Shown here: piece after piece, positions 55,801 through 62,167 of the stretch
Layout of the letters: each line of letters starts with the position of its first letter
Numbering within the stretch: the stretch's first letter is position 1
Assembly (NCBI GenBank): GCA_050506795.1
Contig: JBJHCF010000008.1
Location: 66,768-130,767, forward strand
Source: Opitutia bacterium
GTDB lineage: Bacteria; Verrucomicrobiota; Verrucomicrobiia; Opitutales; T3Sed10-336
DNA: 64,000 nt
Reading direction: 5' to 3'
Program-made: the position numbers and the translations under genes
The notes under the pieces: model-generated
The model's input: the letters and a program-made list of their open reading frames with translations, nothing else
The model's database searches: none
What the model was told of the DNA's origin: nothing

Positions 55801-56020
55801 GCTCGGAACCGAAATTGTGCAGTTCCACCCAATCCTCAAAGTCGCCGTCCTCGTCGGCCACGATAGACCCGTTCGAAGCCATGACCTCGTTGATGCGAAT
55901 CTGCTGCGCCTCAAGCGGCGCCGCCAACGAGGCGATAAATACAGCGGCGGCGCACATTCGCGCGCCGCGGGTAAGGAGAACGGAAGTCAAAAGTGTGGGG
56001 ACAAGTGTACGATGTAACAT
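46844..56020 (-). CDS. Giant secreted protein (3058 aa): lamin-tail domain, CotH kinase, two LamG-like repeats, PATR repeats, C-terminal anchoring-type motif
   Basis: INEVMASN..DWVELHN; LRNSGND, GNHDWPQNN, DLDFGF; five L.K.G.G.L.L.G repeats; DPDGDG..NLVEYALG.DP; ATG 56020 with signal peptide. Confidence 0.85.
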   Translation of the reverse strand: MLHRTLVPTLLTSVLLTRGARMCAAAVFIASLAAPLEAQQIRINEVMASNGSIVADEDGDFEDWVELHNFGSEPVNLEGWGLSDDYDRPFRWVFPARVIGPDEFLLVWASGKDRTDPAAPLHTNYSISSAGEEVILTHPNGTRVDELPPTVIPGDVSLGRLPGQGDAWFFFDQPTPGEANTTPGYDEILPPPVFSHTGGFYTDPFSLSLSAPDGVTILYTLDGTEPNPDELGGSTVSYPYKTRYPNGSLLQRTLETFVYAGPIEINDRSGHANPITGITQLFSSNPHSPPGAVFSGTPVRAVAVREGALPSRAETHTFFVHPEGESRYDDILVLSIVTDERNLFDYHSGIYVPGIYADNWYAQTNSFNSGWIPANYQGRGMDWERPAHLEIFGDNGARELAQGVGLRSHGGWSRYFSWRRSLRLYARGAYDEQNSFDYPLLPGLTQRGGSGAPVESFQRVILRNSGNDWDGTLFQDALQQSLLSELPLDSQSYSRAIVYFINGTFWGIKNIRERLDQHYVASHYDMDPDDVVILDVLPEVDPAYVTMTDGPYYAGLPKPNLMVKRGTLDDRDDYLAMYNYAIQNDLSDPVHFAHMETLMDIENFATYWAVHVYAGNHDWPQNNRDFWRKRTDGYQPDAPYGHDGRWRWMVLDLDFGFEGDAGRNSLARTVENRSVEPFGGFGTWTWPTNLFQNLLDNEGFRNRFINRLAEMAVHFHPERVDAALDEFNARIAPYRSEHWARWGSGTNNGSFMRSFAEQRAAHVAGHIEEVFNLPGSARVSVSDPAQIGGWLEINGFTVDGSRPGIETGSLYQAPVFAAGSNWRFLDDGSDQGTAWRTSGFSDSGWNEGPGAFGYGDQASFNTVIDYGGNAGDKHVTTYFRKSFDWTEGTLPESLDLEMTLAGGAVVYLNGEEVVRHRLPEGDIDHTTLAGALSSPSAVSGLAAWYAADGNMDTRTDGSGNTRVTAWSDLSGNERHAAQGSNNDQPVLIENEINGRPVVRFNGSNQFLEAPIDDYRDGMTLFLVARVRDNGGSFDSYLGTNGAGLGNVLYHVGSGGGRGLGITQPNVNLGNNNTASDQWELIRIDADSTYTHTMTRVMSGQSVSVQLGNTGGTVNNLTLGASKHSGEGITDHLPVDIAEVLVYDRQLTAGEVAGVQDFLSMKYGFSGTLPEFDDLRAWFAADGDMTTRSTFGGARVTSWTDLSGNGSHAVQGSNSAQPLLVDNELNGRPVVRFSGGGGSFGNQNNFLEAPIDDYRDGMTLFLVARVRDNGGGFDSYLGTNGAGLGNVLYHVGSGGGRGLGITQPNVNLGNNTTFSSEWELIRIDADSTYTHTMTRVLSGDSVTVQLGNTGGTVNNLTLGASKHSGEGITDFLPVDIAEVILYGRELESGEILAAQRYLAEKYGFALPDVGTFVYQVDAGAVTSGENILAVEVHLETPFQDLFQFDLSAAANVASSDPVWSNTYFQGVPVEVRAVPRGGYRFVGWAGREETDESLTLNLDGDVTLIPLFEVDEAELADAIPTPHVISSGPYHFNEWSADEPAGTYPPNMIFEQTASEDPDLAVAMDSYWVLPYDLESRSRVNGLGGDGFAFINTSNAQDHPEAGFLGSALLALDTRGEEDIRVTWRAGTVQPNSRVYNLRLQYRIGDSGPFLDVLDDVGMPVEYQRNPDAGHTEVIGPVSLPADAEDRPLVQLRWKYYYTGVRLDPDSGQRSQLRIDEILVASGDLSGEITLAFEDLHPAGQADKPLMPFKVTARDEGGTPDLSFGGDITVSLEEGPGNLSGTLTRTASGGEAVFDDLMVDAPGQYRLRAEADDADSAVSAPLTVAAVTEILMPRVIQGVEPENNDRVPFAYRVRIDGLLPNATYRYGNRVEEEGEAPDQDGAGNMLLVFTDGGSFVRNTDAPDFAPDQLGVRHAEFTTDSSGSYEGWFVTEPTGNRRFVPGDDLRMRILLNDGAGGEDFHFYLSTHSPVRVTPFGDQPEQGSSLYGESLAGPRSFLFLYDDADGASRPVAGTVVESTGAEVDDRYATFYLGQVAGRDGFWGSLIPNNLADGILRLEERSLLDGSLLDAAVLDEPLQGTVMASHGSTPVFADLREGPVFLPQGDGLWNVGSNWSGGVIPNGAGEPAIIHLTADNNREVSLGQNITIGRLFLDNDTTSRNRLVGAGGGLSFQGAGGNLPIVRVGGFGTGFHEFNISEGITLNDTLRIAVDNVTSDGEYGALRIREDLTGSGGLIKEGAGVLSLTGGGKTFTGPTVVDGGVLRVTESSVPTATSGVSVTSMGQLRLVSHGPGRVYTFGGDLTLDSLGPDEGPVVLPQAGRLGALRLDPELEMRDSEDDVHEGTVTNNIEFAGDSHVHVDGTSNRLTLSGTLSGSGTLLKSGGGTVVLTGNNDLYTGGTTIVTGTLFVQEGSGLGTGPLEMIAFDGSEPLLVLNNAVQTVALLEGELDDLSAITITLDNGTVLDVAQAVDSRFQGSLTGGGSLLKRGEGVLRLTRGPNTLLGTVSVQEGVLEVTESSQPSQTAQLSVSPGGQLRLTSTGERTYTFGSGPLSIEGAGIDPEASASKGALRQEGSDATDVATITNAIALEGGLAGIHVNRDEGAGSTLVLEGNLSGPADLFKTGGGTLILEGANTEWSGGTLVENGLLVVEPGSRLGPGALIFTDPDRERRVELRQAEQTVGGLSGDVEEPEGGTLDLLLGGGHILTVNQESAGLFAGNILGSGSFVKTGLATLRLTGVSALEGEVLVEEGALRIDGEMTAAAELAAGENGSIEGTGFVGALGGSGRVAPGGESAGILDAVTFDPVDGLGAAFVFGGTGSPNYENRTDSGNAVLRLPGTSGFGGDLGAGNTVSIFLDVAGLQAGDEFRGGFFVETSSDFGGRIGNAEFRFFLRDAVGEENFRGTAYRSYSGPLTASVDTVEENGGRVMRVTWETGTTLTYGEWAASHFDDPDDQSVAGPEADPDGDGVKNLVEYALGRDPLQASRAGLPEVEYTEEGAAIVFRRDPNLGDIAYVVEASNDLESWDEILYDSRENTQPNNQGDFMRIEDPSGEFRRFLRLRVILLE
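51816..53205 (-). repeat. Intragenic tandem duplication, period 717 nt (239 aa)
   Basis: ATGCCGTCACGGTAATCATC occurs at 52251 and 52968; FLEAPIDDYRDGMTLFLVARVRDNGG and LTLGASKHSGEGITD are in both copies. Confidence 0.92.
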
Positions 56021-56251
56021 AGCGTGCTGGAATTTCAAACGCAGGAAGATTGACCCCTTCCGGAGTGCCAACGGACAAAACAGCTTTACAGTCAAAAAGC
56101 GACCGCAAAGCAGGCTTTTCTCCGAACTTTCAACTTCCTGAACGGCAGGAAAACAACTGGATTCGATATAAATCCCTATCGCAAAGCGGAGGAAAAGTCA
56201 CCGTTTTATCCCGATTCACCCATAAAGGGCCGGCAAACAGGGCTCCCGCCC

Positions 56252-57052
56252 TCACTCCCGCATGGCCCGCTCCACCAACTCCCGATCGAAATAATTGCAC
56301 CCGAGCCCGGCATCGATGACCAGACCGGTCCCGTTCATCCCGCTGGAGCGTTCGCTCAGCAGGTAGAGGATGCCGTTGGCCACCTCCGCGGTGTCCAGGG
56401 CGCGCTTGCGGAAGGTCATTTTCTCGGCGTAAAGGTAACTCTCGATGTACCCGGGTATGCCGGCCGAAGCGCTGGTTTTGAGCAATCCGGCGTTGACCGT
56501 GTTGAAACGGATTTCCGTGTCGGCGCTGAACGATTTCGCCAGGTTTCGCACCACACCGTCGAGGGCCGACTTGATGGGCGACATGTAACCGTAGTTTTCG
56601 GCCGTCACCAGGTGCGACGAGATGCTCACCGCCACCACCGAAGCCCTGGGGTCCAGGTAAGGCTTGAAGGCTCGAGCGATGTCCACCAGCGAAAAACAGG
56701 AAATCGCCGTCGCCTGCAAAAAATCTTCCCGACGGGTCTCGTGGAAGGGACGAAAGCCCTCGCTGTAGTTGGCAAAGGCGATGGAATGGACCATTCCATG
56801 CAGGGGACCCTGCTCCCGTCCCACCGCTTCGGCCAAAGCGTTGATTTCCGACTCCCGCTCGACGTCGCAGACATAAATCGGGACATCGCCCGCCAGCTTG
56901 CGCACCTGTTCCCGTCGCTGCTCGGAACGCACGCTGTAAACCACCTTCGCTCCTTCCTCACGCAGGGCCTTGGCGGTGTGCCAGGCCACGCTTTTACGGT
57001 TGGCCACGCCGAATACGAGAATCGTTTTGTCCTGAAGATTGAGAAAACTCAT
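56252..57052 (-). CDS. fabI: Enoyl-ACP reductase, FabI-like (divergent)
   Basis: [23 protein letters not shown] (Y-x6-K); alternative GTG at 57076 overlaps the fabZ stop. Confidence 0.85.
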   Translation of the reverse strand: MSFLNLQDKTILVFGVANRKSVAWHTAKALREEGAKVVYSVRSEQRREQVRKLAGDVPIYVCDVERESEINALAEAVGREQGPLHGMVHSIAFANYSEGFRPFHETRREDFLQATAISCFSLVDIARAFKPYLDPRASVVAVSISSHLVTAENYGYMSPIKSALDGVVRNLAKSFSADTEIRFNTVNAGLLKTSASAGIPGYIESYLYAEKMTFRKRALDTAEVANGILYLLSERSSGMNGTGLVIDAGLGCNYFDRELVERAMRE

Positions 57053-57072
57053 GGTCTGCGGCGGGGATGCGT

Positions 57073-57501
57073 TCACTTCTTCTCTTCGATCAGTGCCAGC
57101 CCGAAATCAATGGTCAGGATCTTGCGCGTCCCGGAGGTGATCAGTCCATGCAGGAAATGAAATGGACCGTGCACTTCCTTCCAGGTAGCCACAATCGTCA
57201 ACTCGTCGCCCGGGCGGGCGATGTTCTTGAACCGGGCGTCGCTGATGCGGGTGAGCACGGGGGTTCGCCCGGCCAGATCGCCGCCTTCCCGCTTGACCAG
57301 CAGAATGGCTCCCGCCTGGAACACCGCTTCACACAGCAGCACCCCGGGCATGATCGGATTCCCCGGGTAGTGTCCGGTAAAGTGAGGTTCGTCCGGACGA
57401 AGCACCCGGCGGGCGGTCAGGGAGTCCCCTTCCTCGCCGATGACTTCATCAACGAACAAAAACGGCGGACGGTGCGGGATGGTGCGATAGACTTCATTCA
57501 T
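57073..57501 (-). CDS. fabZ: 3-hydroxyacyl-ACP dehydratase, FabZ family
   Basis: [27 protein letters not shown]....RPGD. Confidence 0.88.
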   Translation of the reverse strand: MNEVYRTIPHRPPFLFVDEVIGEEGDSLTARRVLRPDEPHFTGHYPGNPIMPGVLLCEAVFQAGAILLVKREGGDLAGRTPVLTRISDARFKNIARPGDELTIVATWKEVHGPFHFLHGLITSGTRKILTIDFGLALIEEKK

Positions 57502-57619
57502 GGCGGCGATCAATAAAAATGAGCCGCCACCGTTACCGCCTTCCCCACCGAAACACAAGCCCAACTCCCAGGTCCGAAGCGGGACGGCACAGTGATTGGA
57601 ACGGATGGTGGTTGGAGCC

Positions 57620-57655
57620 TTGACAAAGAACCGACCTCTGTGCATGCTGCATGCA
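57620..57655 (+). promoter_or_regulatory. Sigma70-type promoter of vapBC with an overlapping palindromic operator
   Basis: TTGACA (57620-25), 17-nt spacer, CATGCT (57643-48), ATG at 57655; repeated GCATGC/TGCATGCA palindromes. Confidence 0.6.
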
Positions 57656-57927
57656 TGGCATCGAAAACGATCTCCTTATCCGTCGATTCCTACAATCGCC
57701 TCAAGGCCGCCCGCAAGCATCCCGGGGAGAGCTTTTCCTCCGTAATCCGGCGGGCGCGCTGGGATGACGCCCTGCCGCTGGGCGACGGGAATGAGATCCT
57801 TCGGTACTACAAAGAGTTGGAATCGTCCGGTATGACTCCCTACCTCGACGAGAAAACCCTTGCCAGGATGGACGAGCGCACCAGCCGCGGTCGCACTGTT
57901 CGCACGTCCACAAACTGGGAGCGGTAG
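57655..57927 (+). CDS. vapB: VapB-type antitoxin
   Basis: KTISLS.D.Y.RL......GESFS.VIRR; 3 nt upstream of a PIN gene. Confidence 0.85.
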   Translation: MASKTISLSVDSYNRLKAARKHPGESFSSVIRRARWDDALPLGDGNEILRYYKELESSGMTPYLDEKTLARMDERTSRGRTVRTSTNWER

Positions 57928-57930
57928 CCT

Positions 57931-58317
57931 ATGTTGCTCGATACCTGTTTTCTCATCGACCTGCAAAAGGAGTTGAAGCGCAACGAACACGGCGCGGCTC
58001 ACGCGTTCCTGACGAACTGGCGAGGCGACTATCTCGCTTACAGCCTGATTACACGCATGGAGTTCCTGGAGGGTTACGCCGATTCGGGAATGGAAATCGC
58101 GGATCGCTTTCTTCGTCCCTACAAATGCCTTTTCCCCGACCTCGAAACCGCATGGCGAACGAGCCGGATCGAACGGGCCCTCAGGTCCGATGGCAATCCG
58201 ATCGGCGATCACGACGCCTGGATCGCCGCGACGGCATTGCAACACAGCCTGACCCTTCTCACACGCAACCGGAACCATTTCGAACGCATCTCCGGTCTTC
58301 CTTTGGCAGGGTACTGA
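57931..58317 (+). CDS. vapC: VapC PIN-domain toxin
   Basis: LLDT..LID, E...G, D.WIAATAL, LLTRN..HF. Confidence 0.92.
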   Translation: MLLDTCFLIDLQKELKRNEHGAAHAFLTNWRGDYLAYSLITRMEFLEGYADSGMEIADRFLRPYKCLFPDLETAWRTSRIERALRSDGNPIGDHDAWIAATALQHSLTLLTRNRNHFERISGLPLAGY

Positions 58318-58417
58318 TTCTGCATTGTTTTGGCGGTAACGAATCCTCCAATACGAATGCTACTCGGTTAAGGCAGTTCATCGTTTGATGAAGCAAATAA
58401 ATATAGCGAAAATTCGG

Positions 58418-58513
58418 CTCACACGGAGGCACTAAGACACGGAGATTTCTACCGGACATACCTCCGTGAGCTCTTACCGGCCTGAGCTCGTCGAGGACGT
58501 GTCTCCGTGTGAG
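58418..58513. repeat. Nested CACGGAG/CTCCGTG inverted repeat
   Basis: CTCACACGGAGGCAC vs GTGTCTCCGTGTGAG (14/15 complementary) around an inner CACGGAG/CTCCGTG pair. Confidence 0.7.
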
Positions 58514-58684
58514 AATCTTCACCGTTCAGCAATGCCATAAACCCAGGCGTGGTTTTTGGTCTACAGGATCATGCCCAACGAACCTATACAGGTTCGCCGT
58601 AATCAATGGGCCTTGCGGTCCGGGCAGGGCAAGCTTTTTTCGGTTGTTTACAGCGGCCGGGGGCGGCGACCAAGAAGGCAAGAG

Positions 58685-58953
58685 TCAGCAGAACAACTCG
58701 CTGTGCGAACCAGTACGCACAAGGATCAGTTCCGTCGCGGTCGTTTGATAGATCAGTAACCAATCCGGGCTGATATGACATTCGCGGCAACCGGCGTAAT
58801 CACCGATCAGATTATGATCGCGGTAACGCTCGGGCAGCTTGTCGCCTTCCTGGAGCGAACGGAGAACCTCGGCCAGCTTCTCCAGGTCTTTTCCGGAAGA
58901 ATGAAGCTTTTTGAAGTCCTTCTTAAACGGCTCTTGCGAACAATCGTCCGCAT
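58685..58953 (-). pseudogene. yafQ: YafQ family mRNA interferase with a 1-nt frameshift
   Basis: ATG 58953 gives MRTIVRKSR; FKKDFKK..DH.L.G.Y...RECHI.PDWLLIY..RTGSHSELF is in another frame; span 269 nt. Confidence 0.8.
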
Positions 58954-59132
58954 CAGCTCTTGAGCTCTTTAAATAGCTCTTCGACGTTGTCAAAGCGCTG
59001 CAAGCCTTCGAGCGGTTCGTTGATCGCTTCGATGGTCTCGGCGTTGGGCAGGTGACGCACGAACTCAACGACCTTGTTCCGTTCTTCTTCGGGAAGGCGC
59101 TGGATGTCTTCGATGATTTGTTCGGCGTTCAT
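58953..59132 (-). CDS. Antitoxin with a DinJ-like C-terminus
   Basis: PNAETIEAI.E...F.NVEELF.EL; TGATG overlap with yafQ. Confidence 0.8.
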   Translation of the reverse strand: MNAEQIIEDIQRLPEEERNKVVEFVRHLPNAETIEAINEPLEGLQRFDNVEELFKELKS

Positions 59133-59427
59133 GAGGACCAATATCGGCGATTTCTCCTGATTCTTCAAGTCTTTCCTCTCGCCAGAACATCACCAACTAC
59201 CGGCCCAGCAATTTTGCGAAAGATTCCAGACACAAACCCCAGTCGCTACAGATTGAGATATTGCCGGATAGCGTCTTTTACGAAATCAAATTGCTCCGTG
59301 GTAAGCTTGCCAAATCTCCGGCTCAGCTTATGGCGGTCGAAACTGGCCAGACCCTGGAAGTGCCTCGCTGTTTGCTGGGGGTTCCGTGGCCTAACATAAG
59401 CATGGCACTACTGGATTTGGCCTTTTG

Positions 59428-59546
59428 CGTAGCTCCGTGCTTCAGCCGGAGGCTCTTTGACGGGAACCGCCGTCCGCACACCGCACAGACGCCCGCTAAA
59501 GCAGGGCGCTACGGATTCCGCCCAGTAGGTCCGTGCTTAAGCCGGA
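59428..59546. repeat. GTAG-type REP-like cluster, three hairpins
   Basis: CGTAG-CTCCGTGC-TTCA-GCCGGAG (+), CGTAG-CGCCCTGC-TTTA-GCGGGCG (-), GTAG-GTCCGTGC-TTAA-GCCGGAC (+). Confidence 0.7.
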
Positions 59547-59674
59547 CATTTCCGGGGGTGCAGGTTCCAGGTGGCAGATCTGGCGCCCTTTGGGCAGGAT
59601 GGCGAACAAATCCAACCGAAAATCACGCGGCCGCAATTTGGCCAAAAATACGACGAGAATTTGAGCGGCAACAA

Positions 59675-60031
59675 TTAGATAACACTTATAAAAAATATAA
59701 ACAAAATCCAAAAGGCAAATAAAAAGCAAATCCAAAAGGCAAATTTAAGTCTCTTTTTATCTGAACTTGAAAATCTATGATAAAACGCTAAAGAAATAAA
59801 AGCGGCACACAGAAAGAATCCTGAAATAATTTGAGCGAATTCAAAAACATCAAACACAACAAAAAGTATAAAAAACACATAAAACAGCCTGCGCCATTTT
59901 AATTTATTTTGCTTTATACCAACCCAGATTTCATATTTTTTCACCTGGTCATCCAGGCCGATATTCACACCCTTAAACGTATCAATTAAAAACAGGAAGA
60001 ATAGAAAAATAATTATAATATCTGGAATCAT
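59675..60031 (-). CDS. AT-rich orphan membrane protein (about 4 TM)
   Basis: Phe/Ile-rich open frame, far more AT-rich than the flanks. Confidence 0.55.
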   Translation of the reverse strand: MIPDIIIIFLFFLFLIDTFKGVNIGLDDQVKKYEIWVGIKQNKLKWRRLFYVFFILFVVFDVFEFAQIISGFFLCAAFISLAFYHRFSSSDKKRLKFAFWICFLFAFWILFIFFISVI

Positions 60032-60167
60032 CGTTACAGTCAAAACGTGGCGCTATTCTGGTCCCTTCATCGTCGCTCATAGCGAATTTGCAGTCATCCG
60101 CTCGAATCCTGAAGTTCAGGCTAATCTTGTGGACGGACACCGTTCCTAACCCATTCTCCCCCACCCT

Positions 60168-60740
60168 TCAATTCTTCTCAACGACAACCTCTGATAAAAG
60201 ATAAACGTTTCGCCCTTGAACACGAATGAATCGAAATCCTATTTCAACCGCTTCCATTTTAATCATAACAACACTTCCCGGCAATTCCAGCCCACGTTCT
60301 GTTCCAAGCCGATCCTTAATATCACTGTAAACACCACCCAACGTTAGATCAAAAGCAGGAAAAACGAATGTCGTTTCCTCAAACGGCCAATCCTCATCAA
60401 TATATTTCTCCAGTTCATGATGTAACAAGCTCCTGCCTAATACATATTTATACATTTCATCTCTTTTAAAGAAAAACATTGCTCGGTTTCCATATACATG
60501 CACTTGATTTAGCCCAATCAAGAAAACCCCTGTTGGGTAACCAAGTAACTCTCTCATCACTCTAGATGAGGCCCCGAATTCAATCTCTAGAAACCCCTCT
60601 TCTGGCAAAAGCTCCAGTCTTTCCGAGCGTACGGGTGTACCTGAATAAAGATTACCCATCGAGCTCGCCACAAATAGGGAGCAGAGCATGATCAAAAGCC
60701 CAGTCAGTTTGGTATTGTACCTGATTTTATAAATCCTCAT
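60168..60740 (-). CDS. AT-rich orphan protein with an N-terminal hydrophobic segment
   Basis: 190-aa open frame, TM/signal segment, I.FG.S...M...LG.P pattern. Confidence 0.6.
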   Translation of the reverse strand: MRIYKIRYNTKLTGLLIMLCSLFVASSMGNLYSGTPVRSERLELLPEEGFLEIEFGASSRVMRELLGYPTGVFLIGLNQVHVYGNRAMFFFKRDEMYKYVLGRSLLHHELEKYIDEDWPFEETTFVFPAFDLTLGGVYSDIKDRLGTERGLELPGSVVMIKMEAVEIGFRFIRVQGRNVYLLSEVVVEKN

Positions 60741-60959
60741 AGTTGCCTTGCGATTGTGGCACCTCAATCTTCCAGGGAGGAACCAAGCGTTTGCAGAATG
60801 GACACTTCATTATAAAATACTTTCGGTAAAGGGCTTTTTCATAATGGATTCATAGTTTCCAAGCCAATCTCCCGGAAGTTTACCAAAAGACACAAACCGA
60901 GCAACTCAAAATGTATCCGGTTTCGCTCTGACCTCTTGGATCGTAAACGCGGTCGGACG

Positions 60960-62165
60960 TTAGCCAACCCGCTCCGCGGAACCGGTGATTTCGCCGGCGG
61001 GATCGATATCGCGTTCGTAATCCACTTCGGGAACTCCAAAACCGAAGAGTCTTAGAAAATCATCGCGGTAGCCATCGATATCGGCCAGGGCGGAAAGATT
61101 CTCGCCGGTGACCTGATCCCAGAGGCGTCGCACCTGGTCCTGAACATCCGGTCGCATTTCCCAATCGTCCAACCGGATTCGCCCTTCCGCGTCGAGTTCG
61201 GGAGCATCACCGCCGTAAAGCCGGTCGGCGAAAAGCCGATGCGCCTGCTCCACGCAGCCCTCGTGAGTCCCCTTCTCTTTCATCACTCGGAAGAGCAATG
61301 CGATGTAAAGGGGCACCACGGGAATCGCGGAGCTGGCCTGGGTGACCACCGCTTTGTTGACCGATACGAAGGCCCGGCCACCCGTTTCTTTCATCCGGGC
61401 GTCGATGGCACGGGCATGTTGGTCAAGATCCGCTTTGGCCCGTCCGATGGTGCCGTGATGGTACATGGGCCAGGTCAATTCCGGTCCCACGTAAGAATAC
61501 GCCACCGAAGTGGCTCCGGGAGCGAGGACGCCGCCTTCCATCAGCGCCTGTATCCACATTTCCCAGTCATCACCTCCCATCACCGCCACCGTGTCCTCCA
61601 CCTCGTCGGACGTTGCCGGCTCCAGAGTGATGTCGTGAATGATTCCCTTGTCGATATCCACCGTCCGGCTGGTGAACGCTTCCCCGATCGGTTTGATCAC
61701 GGAACGGTGTACCTCACCGGTGACCGGGTGGGTTCGCCGGGGAGAAGCCAAACTGTAAATCACCAGATCCACCGCGCCTAGATCCCTGGCGATGGTCTCG
61801 ACGACCTGCTGTTTGATCTCGTTGGAAAACGCATCGCCGTTCACACTTTCGGCATACAATCCCTCCTCTCGAGCGAACCGCTCGAAAGCGACCGAATTGT
61901 ACCATCCGGCGCTGGCCGGCTTGCCGGTCGACGGCGGGCGTTCGAAATAGACACCGAGCGTGCCGGCGTCCGAACCGAAGGCCGCCGCGATGCGCGAGGA
62001 CAACCCGTAGCCGGTGGAGGCGCCGATCACCAGCACGTTGCGGGGTCCATTCGGGAGAGCCGGTCGCCGGCGGACGTAATCGATCTGCTCCCCGACATTG
62101 GCGGCACAGCCGTCGGGATGAGCGGTGACGCATAAAAAGCCGCGGATTTTAGGTCGAATAATCAT
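60960..62165 (-). CDS. fabV: Enoyl-ACP/trans-2-enoyl-CoA reductase FabV
   Basis: MII.P..RGF.C.TAHP.GC, GASTGYG, YSLASP, Y..GTIG.AK (Y-x8-K), GTHEGC.EQ, LFGF. Confidence 0.95.
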   Translation of the reverse strand: MIIRPKIRGFLCVTAHPDGCAANVGEQIDYVRRRPALPNGPRNVLVIGASTGYGLSSRIAAAFGSDAGTLGVYFERPPSTGKPASAGWYNSVAFERFAREEGLYAESVNGDAFSNEIKQQVVETIARDLGAVDLVIYSLASPRRTHPVTGEVHRSVIKPIGEAFTSRTVDIDKGIIHDITLEPATSDEVEDTVAVMGGDDWEMWIQALMEGGVLAPGATSVAYSYVGPELTWPMYHHGTIGRAKADLDQHARAIDARMKETGGRAFVSVNKAVVTQASSAIPVVPLYIALLFRVMKEKGTHEGCVEQAHRLFADRLYGGDAPELDAEGRIRLDDWEMRPDVQDQVRRLWDQVTGENLSALADIDGYRDDFLRLFGFGVPEVDYERDIDPAGEITGSAERVG

Positions 62166-62167
62166 AC

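Noticed and set aside
56021..56251. Possible c-di-GMP riboswitch upstream of the giant surface gene
   Set aside because: The GCAAA..GAAA..GACGCAAAG core is not present on the coding strand
58900..58930. Programmed -1 frameshift in yafQ
   Set aside because: No X XXY YYZ heptamer or in-frame A AAG; an indel is simpler
58685..59068. 127-aa ORF taken as full-length YafQ
   Set aside because: Its N-terminus overlaps the antitoxin out of frame; the natural start is the ATG at 58953 with a frameshift
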